NCBI RefSeq assembly: GCF_963921235.1
Contig: NC_086097.1
Coordinates: 134,170,001-134,234,000 of the forward strand
Origin: Mobula hypostoma
Lineage: Eukaryota
Direction: 5' to 3'
Length of the DNA: 64,000 nucleotides
The notes under the pieces were generated by a model. That model made no database searches, had not been told where the DNA came from, and saw only the letters and a program-made list of their open reading frames with translations. Positions 1 through 11,466 of the stretch are shown here, one piece after another. The translations under genes and the position numbers were made by a program. Every line of letters begins with the position of its first letter. Within the stretch, counting starts at the first letter, position 1.

Positions 1-1342
1 TTGCATTATATATTTTTAAAAATTCATTAAAAGGATGTGTATTTTGCAGTCAAAACCAACATTTAGTAACCATCCCCAACTGCTTTTGAGCAGGGTGGCT
101 TGCAAGATGGTTTAGGAGGACAGTCAGGAAGCTGGAGTTACATACAGTCCAGAAAGGGTAAAGAAGGGCAGATTTCCTCTCTTAAGTGCCTTACCAAACT
201 AAGGCAATCCCATGGCCCTGTGGTCAGCATTATTGGCATCAACCTTCTAATTTTGGTGTATTTAATGAGTTAATTGGCCCTAATGGAATCTAAACACACA
301 TCTCCAAAACTGTGCTCCAACTGGCTGGATTATTGGTTCAGGATATGCTACATTTTCTAGTAAAGTGTTGAAACATCCAAGCAAGCAAAAATATGAAGGA
401 CTCTTTTGTCAGCTGAAATATCCTTAGTCACAGTGGCATTCTAATGTGGGTTCCTACAGGATGTGTAATATCACTTATGCATCACGTAATAAGCTGGATG
501 AAGAGTCCAGCAAAATACACCCATTATTCTGTGGAACACCTGCTGCATATTGACAATAGCCCAACATATGACAGTGAGATTGCTGATGCATATTAAAGAG
601 CAGACAGGGAGGAAGAAAACTGTATAGGATCCCAAACTTCAAAATAAAAAGGCAATATTTTTCAGCTACATTTGAGTTCTATGTAAGTAATTTGTTTCTC
701 TGTATTGGGAGTTCTAAGTTAAATTATCACTCAAAAAAAACTTGCATTTTATGTGCTCTGAGATAAGCTCATGAATATGCAGAGAATGGAGGGATATAGA
801 CCATGTGCAAGCATAATGATTAGGTGTCATTAGCTTAATTAGTTCACCACAACAGCGTAGGCCAAAGGGTCCGTTCCTGTGCTGGACTGTTCTATGTTCT
901 ATGTAACATGTCTGACATGCAAGATATTCCCAAATACTTCAAAGGAATGTTATCAAAACCCACAGAGAAGATTAGTCAGGGAATTCTAAAGATTATATCC
1001 TTGACAGCAAAAGACATGAATGCTGGAGTGAGTTTGTTCAAGAGGCCAGAAGGTGAGCATCATGGACTGGAGAAGATTACAGAGGTGGGGAAGGATGAGA
1101 CTATAGAAGGTTTCGAAAACAAGGATGAGAGTTGTATTGCTTATCTTGGAGTCAGTGAAAGATATCAAGCACAGGAGTGATGGTAAATCAGATTTGATGT
1201 GAGCTTGGACAGAGGCAGCAAAGTTTTGGATAAGCTCAAGTCTTCAGATGGCATAGCCAGCTAGGATTGCATTGAGGTTACAAAGACCAAGACAATTAGT
1301 TTAGCTATGATCTGAATCAGGATTGTGGATGCCCTGTGTTAA

Positions 1343-4095
1343 AACCATAAGGCCATAAGATATAGGAGCATAAATTGGCTATTCGGCCCATCGAGTCTGC
1401 TCCGCCATTCAATCATGGGCTGATGCAATTCTTCCAGTCATCCCCACTTCCCTGCTTTCACCCCATACCCTTTGATGCCCTGGCTAATCAAGAACCCATC
1501 TATCTATGCCTTACACCCAATGACTTAGCCTCCACAGCCGCTCGTGGCAACAAATTCCACAGATTTACCACCCTCTGACTAGGGTAATTTCTCTGCATCT
1601 CAGTTCTAAAAGGACGTCCTTCAATCCTGAAGTCATGCCCTCTTGTCCTGGAATCCCCTACCATGGGAAATAACTTTGCCATATCTAATCTGTTCAGGCC
1701 TTTTAACATTCATTATGTGATCGCCCCTCATTCTCCTAAACTCCAGGGAATACAGCCCAAGAGCTGCCAGACGTTCCTCATACGGTAACCCTCTCATTCC
1801 TGGAATCATTCTCGTGAAACTTCTCTGAACCCTCTCCAATGTCAGTACATCCTTTCTAAAATAAGGAGCCCAAACTGCACTCAATACTCCAAGTGTGGTC
1901 TCATGAGTGCCTTATAGAGCCTCAAAATCACATCCCAGCTCTTATATTCTATACCTCTAGAACTAAATGCCCACATTGCATTCGCCATCTTCATAATCGA
2001 CTCAACCTTGAGGTTAACCTTTAGGGTATGTTGCACAAGGACTCCCAAGTCCCTTTGCATCTCTGCATTTTGAATTCTATCCCCATCTAAATAGTAGTCT
2101 GCCCATTTATTTCTTCCTCCAAAATGCATGATCATACACTTTCCAACATTGTATTTCATTTGCCACTTCTTTGCCCATTCCCCTAAACTATCTAAATCTC
2201 TCTGCAGGCTCTCTGTTTCCTCAACACTTCCCGCTCCTCCACCTATCTTTGTATCATTGGCAAATTTAGCCTCAAATCCATTAATACCGTAGGCCAAATC
2301 ATTGACGTACATCATAAAAAGCAATGGTCCCAACACTGACCCCTGTGGATCTTCACTGGTAACCAGCAGCCAGCCAGAATAGGATCCCTTTATTCCCACT
2401 CTCTGTTTCCTGCCGACCAGCCAATGCTCCACCCATACTCCACCCATGCTAGTAACTTCCCTGTAACTCCATGGGCTCTTATCTTGCTAAGCAGCCTCCT
2501 GTACAGCATCCTGTCAAAGTCCTTCTGAAAATCCAAGTACACCACGTCTACTGCATTTCCTTTGTCTACCCTGCTTGTAATTTCCTCAAAGAGTTGCAGT
2601 AGGTTTGTCGGGCAGGATTTTCCTTTCTGGAAACCATGCTAGCTTTGGCCTATCTTGTTATGTGCCTCCAGGTATTCCATAATGTCATCCCTAACAATCG
2701 ATTCCAACAACTTCCCAGCCACTGATGTCAGGCTAACAGGTCTACAGTTTCCTTTCTGCTGCCTCCCACCCTTCTTAAATAGTGGAATAATATTTGCAAT
2801 TTTCCAGTCATCCAGTACAATGCCAGGATCTATAGATTCTTGAAAGGTAGTTGTTAATGCCTCTGCAATCCCTCCAGTTACTTCCTTCAGAACCCGAGGG
2901 TGCATTCTATCAGGTCCAGGAGATTTATACACCCTCAGACCTTTAAGCTTCCTGAGCGCCTTCTCAGTCGTAATTTTCACTGCACAAATTTCACTTCCCT
3001 GACACTCTTGAATGTCCAGTATACTGCAGACATCTTCCACTGTGAAGACTGATGCAAAATATCCATTCACTTCCTCTGCCATCTCTGCATCTCTCATTAC
3101 AATACCTTCAGCATCATTTTGTATTGGTCCTATATCTACCCTCAACTCTCTTTTACCCTTTTTATACTTAAAAAAGCTTTTAGTATCTTCTTTGATATTA
3201 ATAGCCAGCTTCCTCTCATTTTTCATGTTTCCCTTCTGAATGACCTTCTTAGTTTCCTTCTGCAAGTTTTTAAATGCTCCCCAATCCTCTATCTTCCCAC
3301 TAGCTCTGGCTTCCTTGTATGTCCTCTCTTTTGCTTTTACTTTGGCTCTTACTTCACTTGTCAGCCACGGTAGTGTCCTTCTTCCCTTTGAAAATTTCTT
3401 CTTATTTGGAATATATCTGTCTTGCATTTCCCTCATTTTTTGCAGAAACTCCAGCCATTGCTGTTCTGCTGTCCTTCCTGCAAATGTCCCTTTCCAGTTA
3501 ACTTTGTCCAGTTCTCCTCTCATGCCATTGTAATTTCCTATATTCCACTGAAATAGCGACACCTTGGATTTTATTTTTCCCTCTCAAATTTCAATGTGAA
3601 CTCAATCATATTGTGATCACTGTTCCCTAAGGGTTCCTTAACCTTAAGCTCTCTTATCACCTCCAGATCATTGCACAACACCCAATCCAGCATAGCCAAT
3701 TCCCTAGTGGGCTCAACAACAAGCTGTTCTAAAAATCCATCCCTTAGACATTCTACAAATTCTCTCTCTTGAGGTTCAGTACTGGCCTGGTTTTCCCAAT
3801 CCACTTTCATGTTAAAATCCCCAACGATTATCATGACATTGCCTTTCTGACACGCCTTTTCTATCACCTGCTGTAACTTGTAATCCACATCCTGGCTGCT
3901 GTTTGGAGGTCTGTATACAAATGCCATTAGGGTCCTTTTACTCTTGCCATTTCTTAATTCAACCTATAGAGACTCTACACCTTCCAATCCTATTCATCTC
4001 TTTCCAATGATTTAATATTATTTCTTATACACAGAACCACACCACCCACTCTGCCTACTAACCTATCTTTCCGATATACCATATATCCTTAGACA
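1343..4095 (-). mobile_element. CR1 LINE, 5'-truncated, ORF2 (APE endonuclease + RT) broken by stops and frameshifts
   Basis: ORFs 3571-3927 (YRPP, GDFN, SDHN), 2639-3562 (SPGPD, NCRPVSLTS), 1881-2447 (PQGSVLGP, FANDTK), 1633-1884 and 1500-1709; the 3' tail is a short ccataag repeat at about 1343-1365. Confidence 0.95.
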
Positions 4096-4369
4096 GTCTG
4101 GAGATAGAAGTTGAGACACTTACAGATCATCTATGCGTGTCATCAGAAGCTGATGTTAAGATCAAATATATTACCAGGTTTCCAAACAGTCTCATTCAGT
4201 TTCGGACAGGCACCAAGGAAGGATTTGCAATAGAGGTGAGAGAATAGAGTTGTGTTACGTTGCAAGGACAATAGCTTCAGCTTTCCCACCCTAAGCAGAA
4301 GAAGCTATTGCTTACCCAGAAATGGATGTCAGATAAGAAGCCGGCACACTTAGAGAGTGCGATTTGTAG

Positions 4370-4575
4370 ACCAGTACATCAGTAGTGAGCAAAACTAATG
4401 GAGAAGATTCTTAAGGACAAGATTAATGAGAATTTGGAGAAGAATAATCTTAGTAGGGATAGTCAGTGTAGCTTTGGGAGGGGTAGATCATGCCTTATGA
4501 GCCTGATTGTGTTTTTTGAGGATATGACAAAGCAAATTGATGAAGATAGAATGATGCATATGATGTATCAAGACT
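4370..4575 (+). mobile_element. Short CR1 RT fragment
   Basis: ORF 4398-4595 contains SQCSFGRGRSCLMSLIVFFEDMT, a decayed SQHGF.KGRSCLTNLIEFFE motif. Confidence 0.8.
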
Positions 4576-4804
4576 ATTCTTCTCCAAAGATCTGAACCCC
4601 TGGACCTGGAGCACCAGTGGACCACTTTTAGTCTTGCCTCAACCATTTGACCTTTTTGACATGGGTAACCCTGCCTAGAGCCAAAGCATAAAGCCCTTGA
4701 CAATGATATTGCCAAGAAATTACAGAGGAATCCTTGGAAAACACAAAGGTCAAGGGTGGCCACTGAAAATTTAAAAAATATATTACAGGCACTAATCAGA
4801 CAAT

Positions 4805-5062
4805 CGGCTGGTGGCGCAATGGCATCAGCGCTGAACTCCGGAGCGAAGGCTCCCGAGTTCGAATCCAGGTCGGGCCACCCCCCGAGCACACTTTCCATCC
4901 ATGCCGGGTTGAGCGTCGAGCTAGCCACTCGACCTCGTGAAAAAAAAGGGTCGAGTCAGGAACGTTCATATTGTGACCCGGTTAATCCGAAAGGAGAACG
5001 ATCCTGACACTACACACCAGACAAGAATGGCTGACTGTCTGGTATGACGCGCAAAAAAAAAA
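4805..5062 (+). mobile_element. Young tRNA-derived SINE with poly(A) tail and 11-bp target-site duplication
   Basis: Pol III A box TGGCGCAATGG at about 4812-4822 and B box GAGTTCGAATCC at 4855-4866; CpG-rich body; A tail 5053-5064; TSD AATCAGACAAT at 4794-4804 and 5063-5073. Confidence 0.9.
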
Positions 5063-5483
5063 AATCAGACAATGAGTTGAAATGTATGAATGAACTCAAG
5101 GAGCGTGGCATCACCAAGCACATTGACATTGGAGAGGGGATGGAAAAGAATACTGAGATCAACCATGTCCAGTACTCAAGGGGAAACAAAGATGGGATTA
5201 CTAGGGTTACAGGCACAACTTTATAAGGAGATGCTTTTGGTAAAAAGCTGATCAGAATGTTTAAAAATGTAAATAAAAAGTGAATTTAAGTCCGGAAAAG
5301 TTGGCGATGGATTTGTGAGCTGACAACACATTCAGATCTATGGAGAGGAAAGGGTGGTTGAAGATGGACAGAAGTATACAAGGATGGGGATGTTCATGGT
5401 TTTACTTTTCAGGGTGATGGTACCAGATCTGGAGATAAAGAGGCAGCACCCAAGGAGACAGAACTGTTAGCAATATCACCAAA

Positions 5484-5549
5484 CCTAGGGTCAAGAAGAG
5501 AAGTCAGGCAAACAATCCTAGGGTCAAGAAGAGAAGTCAGGCAAACAAT
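5484..5549. repeat. Perfect 33-bp tandem duplication
   Basis: CCTAGGGTCAAGAAGAGAAGTCAGGCAAACAAT occurs at 5484-5516 and 5517-5549. Confidence 0.95.
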
Positions 5550-5890
5550 CGTTTGGAGATAATATGGTTAAGGGAGCAGGAGGAAGATCTCATCAACATA
5601 CTGATGGCATGGAAGAAGATAAAGGAATTACTTAATGGAATTAGGTAAAGGCTAAGGCAGGGAGAAGATCGAATCTAATGGTCTTGAAGAAAAGAGGGGG
5701 TTCACCAGATGATCTAAACTTTGCTGTTAAAGAAAGGCATTGAAGTGAAGACTTAGGAATTTGATCTACCAAAAGAAACAAAACTAGGGATTATCTTTGC
5801 AGTCTTGAATGTTCCTGGGACACTGCACAGGAGCATTCTATGTGGTCCAACCAGAGGCAATGTACCATTTCCATCTATCACTGTCCCATG

Positions 5891-6588
5891 TGTAGCTCCC
5901 TGGCCAGCCTCAAGGTCACTCGGCTCGCTGTCGTCTAGGGAAACAGCCCTCGGCCCCACCAAACTGGGTAATAAGTTTGTGTGGATGCTGTGTGATGTAC
6001 CCCACCCCGCCCAAATAACAGACGATACACCAGATACAATTAAATGATTTACAGTTTATAGATATTACTGGAACTATATAATTAATAGAGAATAAAATAT
6101 AACAGGAAAATAAAAGGCGCCACACTTATCAAAGTTTAATCTCTTCGTGCACAAACTGCTGGAGCTCAGGACCCTTCTTCTTCACCCTGCAACCCCTAGG
6201 ACCACCTCGACCAGCCGCCTGGGACCAACAACGGTGGTCAGCCAGACGCTCCACACGAGTCCGTCTCCGTCTCCTCTCCTCGCCGAACGCCCCGCTCGGG
6301 GTTCAACCCCGTTAGCGGACTCACAGCACCTGGTCCATCCTCTGTCTCTCTCTCCCGCTTTCTCCCCCAAAACCCCACGCATACAATATCTTCAGATACA
6401 TCAAAAACATAACAACTATCTCAATTGGTTTGTAACATCTTCTTCTCACAGCCTAACCCAAAACAAGCTGCTAGCGCAAGAACTTTCTCAGCGTTTAACA
6501 TAACAAAGAAGCATTCCCAAGTATAACCTAACAAAGAAGCCATTTTAATTAGCCTAAGCAGTAACATTAAAGACGAAACCCCCTTACA
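5891..6588 (-). repeat. 3' LTR of Gypsy element 1
   Basis: Direct repeat of 9280-9986; begins tgtagc and ends cttaca. Confidence 0.95.
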
Positions 6589-6601
6589 CTCTCCTCCCGC
6601 C
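6589..6601 (-). other. Polypurine tract of Gypsy element 1
   Basis: The minus strand reads GGCGGGAGGAGAG immediately before the 3' LTR. Confidence 0.8.
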
Positions 6602-6870
6602 AAACAAAGTCATGTTCTCATGACTTCTAAATAACTCGCCAACTAGTCCTGCAGACACACAACACACACATACACAGATACACACAGTGACAGTGCTCCC
6701 CGAACAGTGGACCTTATGCCTGGTCCCACAGGCGCTACATAGGACACCCTATCTGAGAGCTTCCTAATCCTCCGATACCTCCGTACCCCCTCACCTAAAC
6801 TCTAAAGGCTCAGACACTACTAGGGATACCTCGGGCCTGCTTGCCAACTCCTCTCCCTCTCAGGCCACTA

Positions 6871-7866
6871 TTAAAACTCGAAGACCCCCCCGCCCCCCCG
6901 GGTCCCGTGTCCAGGGCCCCGCTTCTTTTCCTTTTTTCCTTCCTGATCCTGCCGTAACTCAGACTGCCCACAGCTAGCCCTCCCCACTACACCTGACTCA
7001 GTGGGAGAAGGGCCAAAGGTCTCTTCCTCAATCACGGGGAAGTTAGCGAAAGGCAGCAGGTACCACATGTCCAGCACATCATTCTTCGAATCCATATTCT
7101 TCCTCATTCCCTTGAATGGTTGTTGCTGTTTGAGTTTCTCCAAACTGAAACATTTAGCCGGGGCTACCCCTTCAGCCTCCTGTTTCTTCTTCCTGATGAC
7201 GTCTTCCAGGTCAACCTTCAGTTTTTCCACTTCATTTAAACTGTCGACAGTCATCTTCAGGTTCCTTTCAAGTGTCCGCCTCCCTTTTCCAAGATCTGTC
7301 CTCCATTTCTTCACCTCCTCGGGAGTGTAGTCAAACTCCCCTCCCTGGGCTCTCAGTTTTCTATTGGCCTTAGTCAGAACACTTCCTTGATCTCCCCCAA
7401 CTTGTAAGTCTTCCAATCTTTTCTGAATTGACGTCTTGAGTTTCTGCTGATCCCTTCGAAGGTGGGTCATTGTTTCTTCTTGCTGGATTAATTCATCAGT
7501 ACATGACCGCAGTGTTGGCTCGGAATTCTGTTGCTCCATCTCCATGTTGACGAGCGTGAATTCCAAGTCTGCAATGGTCATCTCACAAGTGTGGCACTCA
7601 GTCTCCGGCTGGCATTTCTGAGTGTTCAGTTCAGCGGTGCAAATCCCCTCTCTCCCATGTGTCTCATTCAGATTGACGACCTGGGTTTCCATCCCCAGGT
7701 CCACCACCGTCGGTTCCAACAACAGGAAGTTCAACTGGTATGTCAGGTCATTTTTCTCACATTGCACCAAACTCCTCCGGCCAAAAACTCCTCCACATTT
7801 GACACCGCCTCTGTCGCCCGGGTTCAGCCTCTCGCCTGACTTCATAGTCCCCCCAGGCGAATCCAA
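6871..7866 (-). CDS. 331-aa chimeric ORF: Gypsy integrase C-terminal remnant fused to a sarcomeric myosin heavy chain rod fragment (expression unknown)
   Basis: The N-terminal [17 protein letters not shown] resembles the Gypsy integrase-tail L.PGDRVLV.N.G..GK motif; residues of about 32-250 align with the myosin II coiled coil. Confidence 0.7.
   Translation of the reverse strand: MDSPGGTMKSGERLNPGDRGGVKCGGVFGRRSLVQCEKNDLTYQLNFLLLEPTVVDLGMETQVVNLNETHGREGICTAELNTQKCQPETECHTCEMTIADLEFTLVNMEMEQQNSEPTLRSCTDELIQQEETMTHLRRDQQKLKTSIQKRLEDLQVGGDQGSVLTKANRKLRAQGGEFDYTPEEVKKWRTDLGKGRRTLERNLKMTVDSLNEVEKLKVDLEDVIRKKKQEAEGVAPAKCFSLEKLKQQQPFKGMRKNMDSKNDVLDMWYLLPFANFPVIEEETFGPSPTESGVVGRASCGQSELRQDQEGKKEKKRGPGHGTRGGGGVFEF
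7120..7773 (-). pseudogene. Captured intronless fragment of a sarcomeric myosin heavy chain rod (subfragment-2 region), most like MYH16
   Basis: [44 protein letters not shown] and [32 protein letters not shown] match, in order and spacing, myosin EKNDL.lQ, IDDLELTLAKVEKE, LDDLQAEEDKVN.LTK..KL and RRK.E.DLKMTID.LNE.E..KLDLEEVVKK (reference sequences recalled, not searched). Confidence 0.85.
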
Positions 7867-7869
7867 GCT

Positions 7870-8080
7870 CTAGGTGGTCATCCACATACGCCAAAACTCC
7901 ACACACCTTCACTTCCCCCATGGTCTTCCTCATGCCCCGCAGGAAGGATGCAGGGGCTCCGGATATGCCCTTGGGCATCTTTTCGGGTCGGAAGAATCCT
8001 AGGGAACTAATAACGGCCGTCTTCGGCTCGACAGCCGCACTCCTCGGGATCTGGCAACATCCACTCCTCAGATCTAGCAC
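7870..8080 (-). pseudogene. pol: Degenerate Gypsy reverse transcriptase core fragment
   Basis: [11 protein letters not shown]...[25 protein letters not shown]...VLAYVDD; the similarity ends right after YVDD. Confidence 0.9.
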
Positions 8081-8086
8081 ATTAAA

Positions 8087-8815
8087 TCACGTCACATAAT
8101 CCACACACACGCTGCCTCCATCTTCCACGCTGCCAGGGTCCAGTTGCCGCGACCTCTCTCTCACTGAGGTGTCTTCAGCAGTCAACTCCCCTCCCTCGTG
8201 GTAGTTGGGAGCATCTACTAAGAGGGTCTCACCCTCAGCTACTTTCCCCAAGCCGTACCACCGCTGGGTCTCACTTAAATTCAGTACCGGCTCAAGGCTG
8301 CTACACACATCCTCAGAAGCAACTTGACACGCTGGGTGCCCAGACAATGCCCCCATGAACTCCAGGGTCATTAACCAATCATCGTCTTCTGGATAACTAC
8401 TGGCACTGGTACCCAAAGTCTCCGGTGCCCTTGCGGTTGTCAAGGGTAAATGCTTCAGACACCGGTTGTAAAACGAACTGTACAACAACTTGACCTGCGC
8501 CGTGGCGTCGAGGATGGCTTGAGCATCGCTTCCCTCTATCTGTAACGACACCCTGGGGCGTGGCCCCTCTAAGCCTTCAGGAATAGGGTCTTTTCCTTTT
8601 GGAAGTTCATTGGTACATTGCTGGGAATGTGCATCCCCAGAGACCCCAAGCCATTCCCCCACTGGGCCTCCACTAAGTTTCCCGACACCTCTCTGATCAG
8701 CTGAGCAACTGAAGGAGGGGCTGATCCCCTGAAATGATCCCCCTGGCACTGCAAGCAATTTAGCCTCCCTCCTAGCCAGAGAAGACACATTGAAAACTTT
8801 CCCCCCCTCTTTCAA
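8087..8815 (-). pseudogene. pol: Degenerate Gypsy aspartic protease region
   Basis: [32 protein letters not shown]; the catalytic DTG has decayed to DAT. Confidence 0.8.
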
Positions 8816-9275
8816 AAAAACTGACAGCTGTCACTACGGTGTAAGTGAACCTGACAGCTCTAACACCGTCACCAGTCCACCTACTTAAACTTTCAACCAA
8901 TCCCTGTCGCTGTCCCTCAACCAAGCACTGCCACTCATCTAACAACTGAGAGATCCGCTCCGCCCACGTCTCGCACGCCTCCGCCCCTCTTGGGGTGGAC
9001 ACTATCCCAAACGCCAGGCAGAGCCTGCCAGAGCTAGAACATTTATTCGCAGACACTACCTCCAAATCAGACCACTCTTTCCTCTCTCTCCCAACAGCAT
9101 AGACAGCCCCAAGTTCCACCTCCAACTCGTCAATGCTAGTCTGAATTCGAACAAAGACCTCACCCACCACGCATGCAGCAGTAACCAGCAAATAACCCAC
9201 AGAGACACACATTACTGATTTAAACAGGGCACCCACACAGCATACCAGTAGACCCAATCCCAGACAAAAGCCCAC
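8772..9275 (-). pseudogene. gag: Degenerate PNMA-like Gypsy gag
   Basis: [42 protein letters not shown] resembles the PNMA/Gypsy capsid motif FSG..P.P.GEE.YE.W.EQ....L.EWQCS...KRQRLVESL. Confidence 0.8.
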
Positions 9276-9279
9276 ACAA

Positions 9280-9986
9280 TGTAGCCCCCCGGCCAGCCTC
9301 AGGGTCGCTCGGCTTGCTGTCGTCTAGGGAAACAGCCCTCGGCCCCGCCAAACTGGGTAATAAGTTTGTGTGGATGCTGTGTGATGTACCCCACCCTGCC
9401 CAAATAACAGACAATACACCAGATACAATTAAATGATTTACAGTTTATAGATATTACTGGAACTATATAATTAATAGAGAATAAAATATAACAGGAAAAT
9501 AAAAGGTGCCACACTTATCAAAGTTTAATCTCTTCGTGCACAAACTGTTGGAGCTCAGGACCCTTCTTTTTCACCCTGCGACCCAACGGACCACCTCGAC
9601 CAGCCACCTGGGACCAACAACGGTGGTCGACCAGACGCTCCACACGGGTCCGTCTCTGTCTCCTCTCCTTGCCGAACGCCCCACTCGGGGTTCGACCCCG
9701 TTAGCAGACTGACAGCACCTGGTCCATCCTCTGTCTCTCTCTCTCTCTCTCCCACCTTCTCCCCCAAAACTCCGCGCTTACAATATCTTCAGATACACCA
9801 AAAACATAACAACTATCCCAATTGGTTTGTAATATCTTCTTATCACAGCCTAACCCAAAACAAGCTGCTAGCGCAAGAACTTTCTCAGCGTTTACCATAA
9901 CAAAGAAGCATTCCCAAGTATAACATAACAAAGAAGCCATTTTAATTAGCTTATGCAGTAATATAAAAGACAAAACCCCCTTTACA
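9280..9986 (-). repeat. 5' LTR of Gypsy element 1
   Basis: Direct repeat of 5891-6588 with scattered substitutions and a longer (CT)n tract. Confidence 0.95.
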
Positions 9987-11466
9987 CATGGTTATTAAAA
10001 AGCAAAGATTAATGCAATGATAGCAGAGAGCAATATGAGGAAATGACCAGAGAAAGCTTTACATTTGACTGGGATGACATGGTGTATGCTGGAGTTGACA
10101 TGAAAATAGGCAAGAAAAGAGTCACTAAACAAGGATAAGAGTGTTTTGAACCCAGGTGAATTCATAAAGAGTTCGAACACAACAGGGACAAAAAAATTGT
10201 GGGTGCAGACACAGATGGAGGGAAGAAGAAATGTGATTTACTGATTGCCTGTGAGGTCTGACTGGTGGGAGATGTAACTTCAAAAGTGCTGGGACAATAT
10301 CTAAACAGGAGGAATGTGTACTTTATTATCACTTAAGAGGGGCTATAAATGTGTCTTTGAGTCTACTTTACCATTCAACAAGAACATTGATATCCCTGCA
10401 TTTCTAGTCCACAGTTTCCATATCCCTCAATTCTCAGGTACACAAAAATCAATCTCAGCCTTGAAAATACTCAAGGGGATTTTTTTTCTCTTTACAGCTC
10501 TATGATGTAGATAATTCCAAATGCATTCCACCAACTACTGCACAAGAAATATCATCTCCCTGGAGTCTCAAATGGCCCAACACCTCACACTGAGATACAT
10601 CCTCCTTGGTTGAACCTCTCCAGCCAGGAGGTGGAACCTCTCGGCGGCTATCTGTCAACGTCTCTCTAACGTAAATCTTCTTAATTCAACCCCCTTATCC
10701 AAAGAATCTCTTCCAATATTAGCCTGCACAATTACTGAGTCCTGATATTTTCACAGTAATTAAAAAATAAAGAACTTTAATAAATACACATTACAAGATT
10801 GATTCTCACTCATGCTCATAATAAGCTGGTGAACAACATACACTGGTATCTACTTAAGCATCAACATACCCCAAGGATTACTAGCACATGGAAATAAATA
10901 TTGTGCAGTGCAGGTGTTCATCTTTACACTGTACCTGATATCATGTCAATTCAGTCTGCAGAGATAGGCAACATACTAAGTTAAATCATATTAATAGTGC
11001 TTTAGATCTTATAACTATAAATAGATTTTTAATTCCCTTAATTTTATGGTATGTGAAAATTGCAATATAAAATCTCTGCTTAAAACCATCAGGGCCTTTA
11101 TTACATTTTATGAAATTGCCTGGCAAGAACTAAAATCTCTATTGAATGCAGAAGCTAATTCTTAGCATGCTTCCAGAGTCATTCCTCTAGCCACAAAAAG
11201 TATCTTGGCAGCTCTGTCATAAATGCTTTGTGGCTTGATCTGAAGCGTGATTCCAAATTTGAGACACTATTATTTCCTATTTAGAACAGTGTTTCTAGCT
11301 GTCAATGAGCAAGGATTTTTTTTTAAAGTTTGAACTAAAGTAACCTTGAATTGAAACATTCCTTCCTAAAATTCCTGCTTCCTTCCAGTGTAGCTTTCCT
11401 AAGAAGCCAGAAAGTCTACATTTTGTATAAGCAAGGACTGCTGTTTTTTCTATGAGTTGTAGTAGT

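Larger units (their letters stand above)
5891..9986 (-). mobile_element. Complete non-autonomous Gypsy-type LTR retrotransposon carrying a captured myosin heavy chain fragment
   Basis: Two similar LTRs of about 700 bp with TGTA...TACA ends; 4-bp TSD CATG at 5887-5890 and 9987-9990; polypurine tract next to the 3' LTR; degenerate gag, protease, RT and integrase-tail remnants in between. Confidence 0.95.
960..10300 (-). mobile_element. Ancient, heavily decayed L2-clade LINE forming the base layer, broken up by younger insertions (CR1, SINE, Gypsy)
   Basis: Minus-strand remnants of L2 ORF2 motifs occur in collinear order: LELIQNFAA at about 1215-1240 (cf. LQLIQNSAA), a W.SNSF-like segment at about 4280-4320, and an ITPL.K...NYRPISNLPFLS / LERVV-like segment at about 5290-5420. 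Boundaries are approximate. Confidence 0.6.

Noticed and set aside
470..625. Possible minus-strand exon after a pyrimidine tract
   Set aside because: All frames close within about 36 codons, there is no convincing donor, and the peptides are unrecognisable.
4805..4880. Functional tRNA gene
   Set aside because: It has A and B boxes but no convincing cloverleaf, and it continues into a body, poly(A) tail and TSD, so it is a SINE head.
5484..5549. CRISPR-like repeat
   Set aside because: Two adjacent 33-bp copies with no spacer in eukaryotic DNA; a simple tandem duplication.
5753..6603. Short ORFs repeated at 9220-9973 suggesting a duplicated gene
   Set aside because: They are chance frames inside the two LTRs.
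6871..7866. Host myosin gene exon, or a retroviral env gene
   Set aside because: It lies between paired LTRs with a TSD and has no splice structure; proline and glycine substitutions break the coiled coil; no signal peptide, furin site or transmembrane segment is evident.
10925..10970. 21-nt micro-exon on the minus strand
   Set aside because: Stop codons occur in all three frames.
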